Shown one piece after another: positions 49,603 through 59,541 of a DNA stretch of 64,000 bases. Each line of letters starts with the position of its first letter. Position 1 is the stretch's first letter. The stretch covers positions 328,170 through 392,169 of the forward strand of contig JANJTA010000035.1 in NCBI GenBank assembly GCA_024711345.1, written 5' to 3'. A program made the translations under genes and the position numbers. This DNA is from Rhodanobacter sp. (GTDB taxonomy: Bacteria; Pseudomonadota; Gammaproteobacteria; Xanthomonadales; Rhodanobacteraceae). The notes beneath the pieces were generated by a model, which was not told the origin of the DNA, did not search any database, and saw only the letters and a program-made list of their open reading frames with translations.

Positions 49603-50409
49603 TCAGGCGGCCGGCGGGTACTCGCGCCCGGCGCGGCGCGGCTGATAGCAGGCCGCCGTGCGATGGAAGGCTTCGCCCGCATTGTCGGGATGCCAGCCCG
49701 GGATGCCCGACAGCGGCAGCGGGCGCAGTTCCAGCGGATCGAGCAGCAGGCGTCCCGCATCGACCGCCGCGGCGCAACGCACCGACAGGTCGGTCTCACC
49801 CTCCCACTGGAACACCAGCGCCTTGCCCACCAGCAGCCGGCCCGGACTCAAGGCCAGCTCCAGCAGCGCGTGGCCGAACAGTTCCAGCCGGATCGAACCG
49901 TCCAGCCACGCCTCGCGATGGCGCCAGAACAGGCCATGCCAGTCGTGCGCATTCCACAACGCCAACAGCGCGGGATCGCGCACGGCGACGATCACGCCGG
50001 CTTCGTCGAAGTGGGTCAGCGCGTACTGCGCGCGCGAGCGCCGCTTCGGCCCCATGCTGGCGATGCCGACCACCTGTCGCGCGTTGAGCGTGCGCTTGAG
50101 CCTCGGGTAACGCAGCCAGATGAGCGCATTGAACAGGTCGTGCCAGTTGCGCTCGCGGCTGGCGATCTCGCCGCGCTCGGCGATGCGCTGTTCGTAGTGC
50201 AGGCCGTCGGCCAGCAGTTCGCGGGTTTGCGCCACGAAGCGTTCGTGCATGCCGACGGGGCGGCAGGCGTTGAGCACGTCGAGGGAAGGCCAATCGCGGC
50301 CTTCGATCAGGCCAGCCTGTTCGCGCCACGCCGCCAGCGGCATCCGTCCGAACACCTGCGGATCGACCGCGTCGCGGGCCGGCGGGGTGTATTTCATGCG
50401 CTCGTCCAT
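49603..50409 (-). CDS. DUF3025 domain-containing protein
   Basis: 268 aa. Region WHDLFNALIWLRYPRLKRTLNARQ is typical of DUF3025. Confidence 0.65.
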   Translation of the reverse strand: MDERMKYTPPARDAVDPQVFGRMPLAAWREQAGLIEGRDWPSLDVLNACRPVGMHERFVAQTRELLADGLHYEQRIAERGEIASRERNWHDLFNALIWLRYPRLKRTLNARQVVGIASMGPKRRSRAQYALTHFDEAGVIVAVRDPALLALWNAHDWHGLFWRHREAWLDGSIRLELFGHALLELALSPGRLLVGKALVFQWEGETDLSVRCAAAVDAGRLLLDPLELRPLPLSGIPGWHPDNAGEAFHRTAACYQPRRAGREYPPAA

Positions 50410-50464
50410 GAGCGCAGCGATCCATGGATTGCCATGACGTTCATTCCACGCCTTGCCCCGACAT

Positions 50465-50487
50465 CAGAAGCGGCCATCCCTGGCCGC
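50465..50487 (-). terminator. hairpin downstream of rimO
   Basis: Minus strand reads GCGGCCA-GGGA-TGGCCGC followed by TTCTG. Confidence 0.4.
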
Positions 50488-50491
50488 ACTT

Positions 50492-51829
50492 TCAAACAAG
50501 CTTGAGCGCGGGATGCGCCAGCCGTGCATGCAGGTCGTGCTCGCTGGCGCCCTCGACCACCACGTCGACGAACTGCCCCGGCTTGAGGCCCCGGCCGTCG
50601 GCGATCAGCACGCTGCCGTCGATCTCCGGTGCATCGGCGGTGGAACGGGCCACGGCGCCATCGGCGTTCGCCTCATCCACCAGCACCTTGAGCGTGCGGC
50701 CGATCTTGCGCTTGAGCTTCGCCGCGGAGATTTCCGCCTGCACCGCCATGAACTGTTCCAGGCGGTCTTCCTTCAGCTCCTCGGAGACCGGGTCGGGCAG
50801 CTCGTTCGCCTTCGCGCCGTCCACCGGCGAGTAGGCGAACGCGCCGACGCGATCGAGCTCGGCCTCGCGCAGGAAGTCCAGCAGCTCCTCGAATTCCGCG
50901 TCGGTCTCGCCGGGGAAGCCCACGATGAAGGTGCTGCGGATGGTCAGGTCCGGTACCTGCACGCGCCAGTTGCGGATGCGCTCCAGCGTCTTCTCGATGT
51001 TGCCCGGGCGCTTCATCAGTTTGAGGATGCGCGGGCTGGCGTGCTGGAACGGGATGTCGAGATACGGCAGGAGTTTTCCTTCCGCCATCAGCGGCATCAG
51101 CTCGTCCACGTGCGGGTACGGGTAGACGTAGTGCAGCCGCGTCCACGCGCCCAGCTCCGCCAGGCCTTCGCACAGCTCGGTCATGCGCGTGCGGTATGCC
51201 TTGCCGCGCCACGTGCGCTCGGCGTACTTGAGGTCCACGCCATAGGCGCTGGTGTCCTGCGAGATCACCAGCAGCTCTTTCACGCCGCCCTTGACCAGCT
51301 TCTCGGCCTCGACCAGCACCTCATCGACCGGGCGCGAGACCAGGTTGCCGCGCATCGAGGGGATGATGCAGAAGCTGCAGCGATGATTGCAGCCTTCGGA
51401 AATCTTCAGATACGCATAGTGCTTCGGGGTGAGCTTCACGCCCGTGTCCGGCACGATGTCGATGAACTTGTTGCGCTTTGGCGGCAGTGCCTGGTGCACC
51501 GCGCTCATGACGCTGGCGTAATCCTGCGGGCCGCTGATCGAGAGCACGTCGGGATAGGCCTCGCGGATCAGCGCCTCGCGCTTGCCCAGGCAGCCGGTGA
51601 CGATCACCTTGCCGTTCTCGTTGAGCGCGGTGCCGATCGAATCCAGCGACTCCTGCACCGCCGCGTCGATGAAGCCGCAGGTGTTCACCACCACCGCGTC
51701 GGCCTCGCCGTAGCTGGGCACGATCTCATAACCCTCGACCTTGAGCTGGGTGAGGATGCGCTCGGAATCGACCAGCGCCTTGGGGCAGCCGAGGCTGACG
51801 AAGCCGATCTTGTGGGCGGTCTGGGACAT
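50492..51829 (-). CDS. rimO: ribosomal protein S12 methylthiotransferase
   Basis: ATG 51829 within ORF 50492..52588. Radical-SAM motif CNHRCSFC, N-terminal UPF0004 cysteines, C-terminal TRAM domain. Confidence 0.93.
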   Translation of the reverse strand: MSQTAHKIGFVSLGCPKALVDSERILTQLKVEGYEIVPSYGEADAVVVNTCGFIDAAVQESLDSIGTALNENGKVIVTGCLGKREALIREAYPDVLSISGPQDYASVMSAVHQALPPKRNKFIDIVPDTGVKLTPKHYAYLKISEGCNHRCSFCIIPSMRGNLVSRPVDEVLVEAEKLVKGGVKELLVISQDTSAYGVDLKYAERTWRGKAYRTRMTELCEGLAELGAWTRLHYVYPYPHVDELMPLMAEGKLLPYLDIPFQHASPRILKLMKRPGNIEKTLERIRNWRVQVPDLTIRSTFIVGFPGETDAEFEELLDFLREAELDRVGAFAYSPVDGAKANELPDPVSEELKEDRLEQFMAVQAEISAAKLKRKIGRTLKVLVDEANADGAVARSTADAPEIDGSVLIADGRGLKPGQFVDVVVEGASEHDLHARLAHPALKLV

Positions 51830-51934
51830 GCGGGGCGCCACCGGGAACATGCGGAGTAACCGCGAATTATACGGCAGTGCGGCGTGGCTGCCGGCGCGGC
51901 TAGACTTCACGCGATCCCCCCGCCGGAGCCAGCC

Positions 51935-52603
51935 ATGGGTCAGCACATCAACATCCCCACCACCCGCACCCAGTGCATCGGCGGCTACCTCGCCCAGCCG
52001 CAGGGCAAGCCGAAGGGCGGCATCGTGGTGATCCAGGAAATCTTCGGCGTCACCGCACACATCCGCCGCGTGGCCGACGGCTTCGCCGAACACGGCTACA
52101 CCGCGATCGCGCCGGCGTTCTTCGATCATCTGGAAAGCGGCGTGGAACTGGGCTACGACCAGGTCGGCGCCAACAAGGGCAAGCAGCTGGTGAACGAACT
52201 GGGGCTGGAGCGGGCGCTGGAGGACGTCGCCAGCGCCGCCGAGTCGATCGCCTCGGCCGGGAAGATCGGCACCGTCGGCTACTGCTGGGGCGGCACCGTG
52301 GCCCTGCTCGCCGCGTTGCGCCTGGGCCTGCCGTCGGTGAGCTACTACGGTGCGCGCAACCTGCCGTTCCTGCACGAGACGCCGAAGGCGCCGGTGATGT
52401 TCCACTTCGGCGAGAAGGACCGCAGCATCACACCGGAGATGGTGGCCAAACACCGCGAGGCGCTGCCGCAGATGGAGCTCTTCACCTACCCGGCCGACCA
52501 CGCCTTCAACCGCGACGGCAGCGCGCCCTACCACGAGCCCAGCGCGAAACTGGCGCTGGAGCGCACGCTGGCGTTCTTCGAAAAGCATCTGGCCGGCGCA
52601 TGA
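51935..52603 (+). CDS. dienelactone hydrolase family protein
   Basis: ATG 51935. Motifs [11 protein letters not shown] and nucleophile GYCWGG; C-terminal ADHAF. Confidence 0.85.
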   Translation: MGQHINIPTTRTQCIGGYLAQPQGKPKGGIVVIQEIFGVTAHIRRVADGFAEHGYTAIAPAFFDHLESGVELGYDQVGANKGKQLVNELGLERALEDVASAAESIASAGKIGTVGYCWGGTVALLAALRLGLPSVSYYGARNLPFLHETPKAPVMFHFGEKDRSITPEMVAKHREALPQMELFTYPADHAFNRDGSAPYHEPSAKLALERTLAFFEKHLAGA

Positions 52604-53016
52604 GCGCAGCCGGCTTCGTACTCGACCCGCGGCTGGCGGCGGATACCCGCGCGGTCGCCTCGCTGCCGCTGTGCGACGTGCAATTGATGGACGACGCGCG
52701 CTGGCCGTGGCTGCTGCTGGTGCCGCGCCGCGCCGGGCTGGTGGAGATTGCCGACCTGCCAGCCGATGAACAGGCTCAGCTGTGGCAGGAAGTGAACCGC
52801 GCCGCTGCCGCGCTGCGCACGGTGGCGCCCTGCGACAAGCTCAACCTCGGCGCGCTCGGCAACATCGTGCGGCAGCTGCACGTGCACGTGATCGCGCGCG
52901 TGGAAGGCGATGCGGCGTGGCCGGGGCCGGTATGGGGGCATGGCGTCCGTATGGCCCGCGACGAGGAAGGCGCCGCCGCGCTGATCGCGGCGCTGCGGCA
53001 TGCGCTGACCGCTTGA
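52600..53016 (+). CDS. HIT family protein
   Basis: ATG 52600, in an ATGA overlap with the hydrolase gene. Histidine triad region QLHVHVIAR. Confidence 0.8.
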   Translation: MSAAGFVLDPRLAADTRAVASLPLCDVQLMDDARWPWLLLVPRRAGLVEIADLPADEQAQLWQEVNRAAAALRTVAPCDKLNLGALGNIVRQLHVHVIARVEGDAAWPGPVWGHGVRMARDEEGAAALIAALRHALTA

Positions 53017-53034
53017 GTGGCAAGAGCGGCCAAT

Positions 53035-53063
53035 GAAAAGCCCGCGGCGCTGGCCGCGGGCTT
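53035..53063 (-). terminator. rho-independent terminator (minus-strand lipoprotein gene; possibly bidirectional)
   Basis: AAGCCCGCGGC-GCTG-GCCGCGGGCTT with TTTTC on the minus strand, lying between convergent genes. Confidence 0.7.
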
Positions 53064-53084
53064 GCGAAGAACTACCGCCGCAGG

Positions 53085-53579
53085 TCAGTGCTGCTGCGAA
53101 GGATCGAAACTGCTGCCGGACGCAGACTTGCCTTTCAGCTCGTCGTTCATCTGGGTGGGCGCACGGTAATCCTCCAGCCGGCGCGCCTTGGTATCCACCG
53201 GGTTGATCTTCTTCAGCGTGCCGCCGTCGTCGTAGTACACGGTGAAGCCGTAGTCCAGCTGCATGCGCGCCATGTACTCGAGGTGCTGCTTGCGCACCTT
53301 CGAATCGTCGCTGCGCTCCAGCAGCACGGTCTTCGGCAGCTTGCCCTGCTCTTTCAGGTAGGAGAAATGGCTGCCCAGATCCAGCGCCGACAGCACCGCG
53401 CCGTCCAGCAGGAACTGGCCGCTCTTGTAGGCCTGGATGACGGTGTCGAACTGGCCCTGGGCCTGGGCGGCGCTGATCTCATCCTTGGTGCTGCCGCGAT
53501 GGCAGCCGGCCAGCACCAGCAGGCTGCCCAGCATGGCTGCCGCGACCGCACGGGTAAGCAGGGGCGAAAAACGGATCAT
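53085..53579 (-). CDS. lipoprotein, function unknown
   Basis: ATG 53579. Signal peptide plus lipobox LVLAGC; 164 aa. Confidence 0.6.
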   Translation of the reverse strand: MIRFSPLLTRAVAAAMLGSLLVLAGCHRGSTKDEISAAQAQGQFDTVIQAYKSGQFLLDGAVLSALDLGSHFSYLKEQGKLPKTVLLERSDDSKVRKQHLEYMARMQLDYGFTVYYDDGGTLKKINPVDTKARRLEDYRAPTQMNDELKGKSASGSSFDPSQQH

Positions 53580-53675
53580 CGGTGTCTCCTGGAAAACATG
53601 TCGGGGCACCCGGCGGAGTGTAGCGCCCGACCGGGGTCATGAGCTGCACGGGGCGCGGCCCGTTCAGGGGAGCGA

Positions 53676-54245
53676 TCAGGTGCGCGGTAGCGTCACGCCC
53701 TGCTGGCCCTGGTACTTGCCGCCGCGGTCCCGGTAGCTGGTCTCGCATTCCTCGTCGGATTCGAAGAACAGCATCTGCGCCACGCCCTCGTTGGCGTAGA
53801 TCTTCGCCGGCAGCGGCGTGGTGTTGGAGAACTCCAGCGTCACGTGACCCTCCCACTCCGGCTCCAGCGGCGTCACGTTCACGATGATGCCGCAGCGCGC
53901 GTAGGTACTCTTGCCCAGGCACACCACCAGCACGTTGCGCGGGATGCGGAAGTACTCCACCGTGCGCGCCAGCGCGAAGGAATTCGGCGGGATGATGCAC
54001 ACGTCCGACACCACGTCGACGAAGCTGTTCGGATCGAATGCCTTCGGGTCGACGATGGTGGAATTGATGTTGGTGAACACCTTGAACTCGCGCGCGCAGC
54101 GCACGTCGTAGCCGTAGCTGGAAGTGCCCCAGGACACGGCGCGGCCGCCATCGGCGCCCTGCTTCACCTGGCCCGGCTCGAACGGCTCGATCATGCCGTG
54201 GCCCTGGGCCATGCGGCGGATCCACTTGTCGGATTTGATGCTCAC
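53676..54245 (-). CDS. dcd: dCTP deaminase
   Basis: GTG 54245 within ORF 53676..54290, giving [22 protein letters not shown]...[10 protein letters not shown]...[11 protein letters not shown]. Confidence 0.92.
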   Translation of the reverse strand: MSIKSDKWIRRMAQGHGMIEPFEPGQVKQGADGGRAVSWGTSSYGYDVRCAREFKVFTNINSTIVDPKAFDPNSFVDVVSDVCIIPPNSFALARTVEYFRIPRNVLVVCLGKSTYARCGIIVNVTPLEPEWEGHVTLEFSNTTPLPAKIYANEGVAQMLFFESDEECETSYRDRGGKYQGQQGVTLPRT

Positions 54246-54347
54246 GCGGTCTCCGGTCGATTGCGGGCAGCCCGAGCCAACCGGGCGCAAAGCGGCAAAA
54301 ATACATGGTCGGGACGCCCCCGCGCCAGCCGATCGGGTCCGCCACCC

Positions 54348-54441
54348 GCAGGAGCCCGCTCGCGGGCGATGCTTTGAAAGCCGGGATTCGGAATTTGCGA
54401 TTCGGGATTCGCAAAAGCATCGCCCGCGAGCGGGCTCCTAC
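54348..54441. repeat. GTAG-type REP inverted pair (left end GCAG variant)
   Basis: Arms 54348-54373 and 54417-54441. The spacer carries GGGATTCG-type short repeats and the hairpin TTTGCGA-N8-TCGCAAA. The CTAC end overlaps the stop of the FMN reductase gene. Confidence 0.85.
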
Positions 54442-54983
54442 GACGGGCGCGGAATATCGGCCAGGATGTCCAGCGCTGCGTGCAACTCCGCGCAGCGTTC
54501 CGCGCTGGCCAGCACCTGCGCCGCCGTGCAGCCGGCCCCGGGCAGCGCCACCGGCATGGGCCGCGCCGCCAGCAACTGGGCCGACATGGTGAACAGGATC
54601 TCGGCCAGCGCCTCCTGCGCATGGTACGAACCGCGCGCGGCGGTGTTCAGCAGCAGCACCGGCTTGCCCGGAAACTCCAGGCTGCCGACCAGCCAATCCA
54701 GCAGGTTCTTGAACGCGCCGGGCACGCCGTGGGCGTATTCGGGACAGGCGATCAACAGGGCATCGGCCCGGCCCACCGCTTCGCGCAGCGCGCGCACCGG
54801 CACGGGCACGGCAGCGGCTTCGTCGTCCGGATTGAACAGCGGCAGGCGGCCGAGCCCGTCGTACAGCACCAGTTCCAGCGCCGGCGGCGCCAGCCGCTGC
54901 GCCGCTTCCAGTGCGGCCGTGTTCGAGGACATCCGGCGCAGGCTGCCGGACAGGCACAGCACGCGCTGCGCCGTCGCCGTCAT
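54438..54983 (-). CDS. NADPH-dependent FMN reductase family protein
   Basis: ATG 54983 within ORF 54438..56108. Motifs LSGSLRRMSSNT and ACPEYAHGVPGAFKNLLDW. Confidence 0.82.
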   Translation of the reverse strand: MTATAQRVLCLSGSLRRMSSNTAALEAAQRLAPPALELVLYDGLGRLPLFNPDDEAAAVPVPVRALREAVGRADALLIACPEYAHGVPGAFKNLLDWLVGSLEFPGKPVLLLNTAARGSYHAQEALAEILFTMSAQLLAARPMPVALPGAGCTAAQVLASAERCAELHAALDILADIPRPS

Positions 54984-56074
54984 GCGGCCGGCACGCCCTG
55001 CACCACGATCTTGCCCAGCCCCAGCGACTTGTTGCGCGGCTGCCGCGACAGCCGGCCGGCCGCGTTGCGGGCGATCTCGCGATAGCGCATGGCGAGGTCG
55101 GAGTCGGGGATCGCCGCCACCGTGGGGTTGCCGCCATCGGCCTGTTCGCGGATGCGGATGTCCAGCGGCAGCGAGCCGAGGTAGGCCGCGCCATACTGCG
55201 TGGCCATGCGCTCGCCGCCGCCTTCGCCGAAGATGTTTTCCTCGTGGCCGCAGTTGGAGCACACGTGGGTGGCCATGTTCTCCACCACGCCGAGCACCGG
55301 CACCTCGACCTTCTCGAACATCTTCAGCGCCTTGCGCGCGTCCAGCAGCGCGATGTCCTGCGGCGTGGTGACGATCACCGCGCCGGCCACCGGCACCTTC
55401 TGCGACAGCGTGAGCTGGATGTCGCCGGTGCCCGGCGGCAGGTCGACGATCAGGTAGTCGAGCTGCTCCCAGCGCGTGTCGGTGAGCAGCTGCATCATCG
55501 CCTGGGTGACCATCGGGCCGCGCCAGATCATCGGCGTGTCCTCTTCCACCAGGAAGCCGATCGACATCACCGGCATGCCGTGCGCCTGCATCGGGATGAT
55601 GCTCTTGCCGTCCGGCGAGGCCGGCTTGCCGTGCACGCCGAGCATGGTCGGCTGGCTGGGGCCGTAGATGTCCGCGTCCATCACGCCGACCTTCGCGCCC
55701 TCGGCCTGCAGCGCCAGCGCCAGGTTCGCCGACACCGTGGACTTGCCCACGCCGCCTTTGCCCGAGGCGACCACGATGATGTTCTTCACGTTCGGCAGCG
55801 GCCCCAGCGTGCCCTGCACCTTGTGCACGTGGATGCGGCTGGTGATCGAGACGGCCGCCGTGTCGATCGCCGGATCGGCCTCCAGCGCCTGGCGCACGCG
55901 CGCGGCGATGGCGTCGACGGCGCCGGCGGCCGGATAGCCCAGTTGCAGGTCCACCGAGACCTGCGCGCCGTCCACGCCGACGGCGCGCAGCGCCTCGGCC
56001 AGCGGTGCGCCGGTATGGGTGTCGATGAGTCCGCCAAGGATCTGGCGGACCAGGGCTTCGTTGGCCTGGGTCAT
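54980..56074 (-). CDS. apbC: iron-sulfur cluster carrier protein ApbC/Mrp
   Basis: 364 aa. N-terminal DUF59-like domain, deviant Walker A SGKGGVGKST, CxxC (CSNCGH). Confidence 0.93.
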   Translation of the reverse strand: MTQANEALVRQILGGLIDTHTGAPLAEALRAVGVDGAQVSVDLQLGYPAAGAVDAIAARVRQALEADPAIDTAAVSITSRIHVHKVQGTLGPLPNVKNIIVVASGKGGVGKSTVSANLALALQAEGAKVGVMDADIYGPSQPTMLGVHGKPASPDGKSIIPMQAHGMPVMSIGFLVEEDTPMIWRGPMVTQAMMQLLTDTRWEQLDYLIVDLPPGTGDIQLTLSQKVPVAGAVIVTTPQDIALLDARKALKMFEKVEVPVLGVVENMATHVCSNCGHEENIFGEGGGERMATQYGAAYLGSLPLDIRIREQADGGNPTVAAIPDSDLAMRYREIARNAAGRLSRQPRNKSLGLGKIVVQGVPAA

Positions 56075-56233
56075 GGTTCGGTATCGGGGCGTTGGCGGGA
56101 ACCGCCATTATGCCAGCGCGCCGCCGCGGCCCCGCTGATCCAGGTCAGCGCCGGACTTGGCGCAATGCAGCTTGACGGCTTCGCGCCAGCCCGCCAGCCT
56201 CGCGCCATACGCTTTCGTACGGGAGGAGCACCC

Positions 56234-56698
56234 ATGAAGCAAGCAGTTCGTCTCACCTTCGCCGCCAGCCTGCTGCTGGCTGCCGGCGCGGCGCTGGCCG
56301 CCAACGACACTCCGGCCGGCACCTGGAAGACCATCGACGACGCTACCCACCAGCCGAAGTCGATCGTCGAGATCACCGAGCACAACGGCGAGTACCAGGC
56401 GAAGATCCTGCAGTTGTTGAACCGCACGCCCGAGGACGTGGCCCGCGACGGCGAGCACCCGGTCTGCTCCAAGTGCGACGGCGAGCGCAAGAACCAGCCG
56501 ATCGTGGGCATGACCTTCATGTGGGGGGTCAGCAAGGATGGCGACGAGTGGAGCGGCGGCAAGATCCTCGACCCGAAGAACGGCAAGGTCTACAAGGTCA
56601 AGCTCAAGCTGATCGACGGCGGCAGCAAGCTCGACGTGCACGGCTACATCGGCTTCGCCCTGCTCGGCCGCTCGCAGATCTGGGAACGCCAGGACTGA
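56234..56698 (+). CDS. DUF2147 domain-containing periplasmic protein
   Basis: ATG 56234 with GGGAGGAG Shine-Dalgarno. Signal peptide ...AALA|AND. Motifs GTWKTIDD and GKILDPKNGKVYKVKL. Confidence 0.75.
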   Translation: MKQAVRLTFAASLLLAAGAALAANDTPAGTWKTIDDATHQPKSIVEITEHNGEYQAKILQLLNRTPEDVARDGEHPVCSKCDGERKNQPIVGMTFMWGVSKDGDEWSGGKILDPKNGKVYKVKLKLIDGGSKLDVHGYIGFALLGRSQIWERQD

Positions 56699-56723
56699 TC
56701 CTCGCGCCACCGCGTTCGACCGG

Positions 56724-56758
56724 ACGCCCCGCACCGCCCGCCGGTGCGGGGCGTTTTC
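56724..56758 (+). terminator. rho-independent terminator
   Basis: ACGCCCCGCACCG-CCCG-CCGGTGCGGGGCGT followed by TTTC, 26 nt after the DUF2147 stop. Confidence 0.75.
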
Positions 56759-56770
56759 ATGTGCGGCCGC

Positions 56771-57568
56771 TCAGTCGGCCGCCGGTTCGGCCCGGTGCAC
56801 GCGGACGCCGCGGGCGCTGAACGCAGCGCGTGCCTGGCGCCCGACGGCATGTTCCACCACCAGGTGCTGCACCTCGTCGAGGGCCGCAATGCGGTGCGTG
56901 GCCAGCATGCCCAGCTTGTCGCTGGTGGCGACCACCACGGTCTCGCCGCTGGCCTCGACCATCGCCCGTTTCAGCAGCGACTCCTCGCTGTCGAAACCCC
57001 ACAGGCCGGTGCCCGCGTCGATGGCGCAGGCGCCGGGGAAACACAGGTCGGCGCGCACGCGCTGCAGTTCCTTGAGGGTCTGCGCACCCACCGCGCCGCC
57101 GATGTGCGGGTCGATGCGCCCGCCCAGCAGCAGGATCTCGAAGCCTTCGCGCTCGATCAGCGCCAGCGCGATGTCCGGCGCGTTGGTGACCACGGTGAGC
57201 CCCATCCGCTCGGGCAACGCTGCGGCGATCGCGGCATTGGTGGAGCCGGCGTCGATCAGCAGCACCTGCCCTTCGCGCACCAGGCTCGCCGCCTTGCGCG
57301 CCAGCGCCAGCTTGCGGCCGACCTGCTCGCCGCGCCGCTGCTTCAACGGCGCCACGGCGGCCGAGAGCGGCAGCGCGCCGCCGTAGACGCGCCTGCACAA
57401 GCCCTGCGCGGCCAGCTCGCGCAGGTCGCGGCGAATCGAGTCCTCCGACGCCGCCAGCTCTGCCGCCAGCTCCGCCGCCATCACCCGCCCGCGGCTGCGC
57501 AGGCGCTGCAGGATCTCGCGCTGGCGCTCCTGCGGCAGCAACTCGCCGGGCCGCGTCGGCCTAGCCAT
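56771..57568 (-). CDS. DeoR/GlpR family transcriptional regulator
   Basis: 265 aa. HTH ERQREILQRLRSRGRVMAAELAAELAASEDSIRRDL plus a DeoR C-terminal sugar-binding-like domain. Confidence 0.87.
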   Translation of the reverse strand: MARPTRPGELLPQERQREILQRLRSRGRVMAAELAAELAASEDSIRRDLRELAAQGLCRRVYGGALPLSAAVAPLKQRRGEQVGRKLALARKAASLVREGQVLLIDAGSTNAAIAAALPERMGLTVVTNAPDIALALIEREGFEILLLGGRIDPHIGGAVGAQTLKELQRVRADLCFPGACAIDAGTGLWGFDSEESLLKRAMVEASGETVVVATSDKLGMLATHRIAALDEVQHLVVEHAVGRQARAAFSARGVRVHRAEPAAD

Positions 57569-58190
57569 GCGCCGTCTCCAGCAGGCCTGCGCGGCACAGC
57601 TCGGCGCGCAGGGTGGCCGGATCGCGGAAGTGCAGCGCGTGCATGCCCAGCCGCGCGGCGGCTTCGACGTTGCGCGGCGCGTCGTCGATGTACACCGTGC
57701 GCGCGGCTTCCAGCCCGTGGCGCGACAGCAGCACGCGGAAAATCGCCGGGTCGGGTTTGATCAGCCGCTCCTCGCCCGACACCACGATGCCGCGGAAGGC
57801 GTCCATGAAACCGTAGCGTTGCCGCGCCAGCGGAAAGGTTTCCTGCGACCAGTTGGTCAGCGCGTACAACGGCACGCCGCGGGCGCGCAGCTCGCCGAGG
57901 ATCGCGACGCTGCCTTCGATCGGCCCGCTCAGCATCTCGTCCCAGCGCTCGCGGTAGGCAGCGATCAGCGCGGCATGCTGCGGGTGCTGCGCGCCGAGCG
58001 AGGCGATCGCCTCGTGCCAGGGGCGCCCTGCATCCTGCTGCTCGTTCCAGTGCGCGGTGCACACCTCGGCCAGGAAACGCTCCATCGCCGCCTCGTCGTC
58101 GAACAGCCGGCGATACAGGTGGCGCGGATTCCAGTCCAGCAGCACGCCGCCGAGGTCGAACACCACGGTGTCGAAGCGCGGCGAGCTCAT
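57561..58190 (-). CDS. HAD family hydrolase
   Basis: ATG 58190 within ORF 57561..59417. Motif I VVFDLGGVL; motif IV YIDDAPRN. Overlaps the MFS and DeoR genes. Confidence 0.85.
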   Translation of the reverse strand: MSSPRFDTVVFDLGGVLLDWNPRHLYRRLFDDEAAMERFLAEVCTAHWNEQQDAGRPWHEAIASLGAQHPQHAALIAAYRERWDEMLSGPIEGSVAILGELRARGVPLYALTNWSQETFPLARQRYGFMDAFRGIVVSGEERLIKPDPAIFRVLLSRHGLEAARTVYIDDAPRNVEAAARLGMHALHFRDPATLRAELCRAGLLETAHG

Positions 58191-59353
58191 GGCCGCACCA
58201 GTCTGGCCGAAGCGGCGGTCAGCAGCAGCAGGCCGGCCACCGCCGCCAGCGCCACCGCCAGCGAGCTGGCCTGGGCGAGGAAACCGATCAGGGCGGGGCC
58301 ACTGAGCAGGCCGGCGTAACCCAGCGTGGTCACCGTGGCGATGGCCACCCCCGGCGAGGTGCCGGGCAAGCGCCCGGCCGCACCGAACATCACCGGCACG
58401 ATGTTGGCCGCACCCAGCCCCACCAGCACGAAGCCGAGCAAGGCCGCACCCGGCCACGCCAACGTGGACGCCAGCAGAAAACCCGCCGCCGCGATGCAGG
58501 CGCCGACGCGCACCGTCCACACCGGACCGTGGCGCGCCACGATGCGGTCGCCGCCGAGCCGGCCCAGCGCCATCGCCACCGAGAAGGCGGCGTAGCCGAT
58601 GCCCGCCGACGCCGCCGGGAAGCCGCGGAACTCGCGCAGGAACACCGCACTCCAGTCCAGCATCGCGCCCTCGGCGAGGAAGCTGATGAAGCACAGCAGG
58701 CCCAGCAGCAGCACGACGCCACGCGGCATGCCGAACACTGCCGCGTGTTTGGCGGTTGCGCCGGCCCCGTCGAGCAGCCGGGGCCATTGACTCGCCACCA
58801 CGATGGCCAGCAGCACGGAGATGGCGACCGCCGCCGTGGCCAGCGGCAGGCCCAGCGCAAGCAGCAGGCTCATGCCGGCCGCGCCGCCCAAGCCCCCGAT
58901 GCTGAACAGGCCATGGAAACCCGACATCAGCGGACGGCCGTCGCGGCGCTCCACTTCTACCGCGTGCGCGTTCATCGCCACGTCCACCGCACCCAGCGCG
59001 GCACCGAAGTACAGCAGGCCGAACGCCAGCGCGGCCGCGCCGGGCGCCACCGCCAGCAGCGGCAACGCCAGGCACAGCAGCAGCCCGCCGACGCCGATCA
59101 CCCGACGGCTGCCGAAACGGTGGGTGAGCCAGCCGACCAGCGGCATCGAAGCCATCGAACCGCCGCCGAAAGCCAGCAGCAGCAGGCCGAGCTGGGCCTC
59201 GTCCAGGCCCAGCCGCGCCTTCGCGTACGGCACCATCGGCGCCCACGCGGCCATGCCGATGCCCGAGACCAGGAAGACCAGGCGCGTCGCGCGGATGGCC
59301 GGGGCCAAGCCGCTGCGCGCACCCGCCGGAGGAGAACTGTCGCCGTACTGCAC
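58187..59353 (-). CDS. MFS transporter
   Basis: 388 aa (GTG start, uncertain) with about 12 hydrophobic helices. Confidence 0.8.
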   Translation of the reverse strand: MQYGDSSPPAGARSGLAPAIRATRLVFLVSGIGMAAWAPMVPYAKARLGLDEAQLGLLLLAFGGGSMASMPLVGWLTHRFGSRRVIGVGGLLLCLALPLLAVAPGAAALAFGLLYFGAALGAVDVAMNAHAVEVERRDGRPLMSGFHGLFSIGGLGGAAGMSLLLALGLPLATAAVAISVLLAIVVASQWPRLLDGAGATAKHAAVFGMPRGVVLLLGLLCFISFLAEGAMLDWSAVFLREFRGFPAASAGIGYAAFSVAMALGRLGGDRIVARHGPVWTVRVGACIAAAGFLLASTLAWPGAALLGFVLVGLGAANIVPVMFGAAGRLPGTSPGVAIATVTTLGYAGLLSGPALIGFLAQASSLAVALAAVAGLLLLTAASARLVRP

Positions 59354-59541
59354 GCCCGCAGGTCCTGCGATTCAATGCGCATAAACGTACACAAACACGC
59401 ACGAATACGCAATTCACTCATGGCCACCCCGCGCATCTGCACGATGGGCCGGAGTCGCCGAGACCTTGCCGTGCCAAGGGTGCCGGCCTTGCCGCGCCGG
59501 CAGCGTGGCATAATGCGCAGTCATTTCGACCGAACGCCGCC

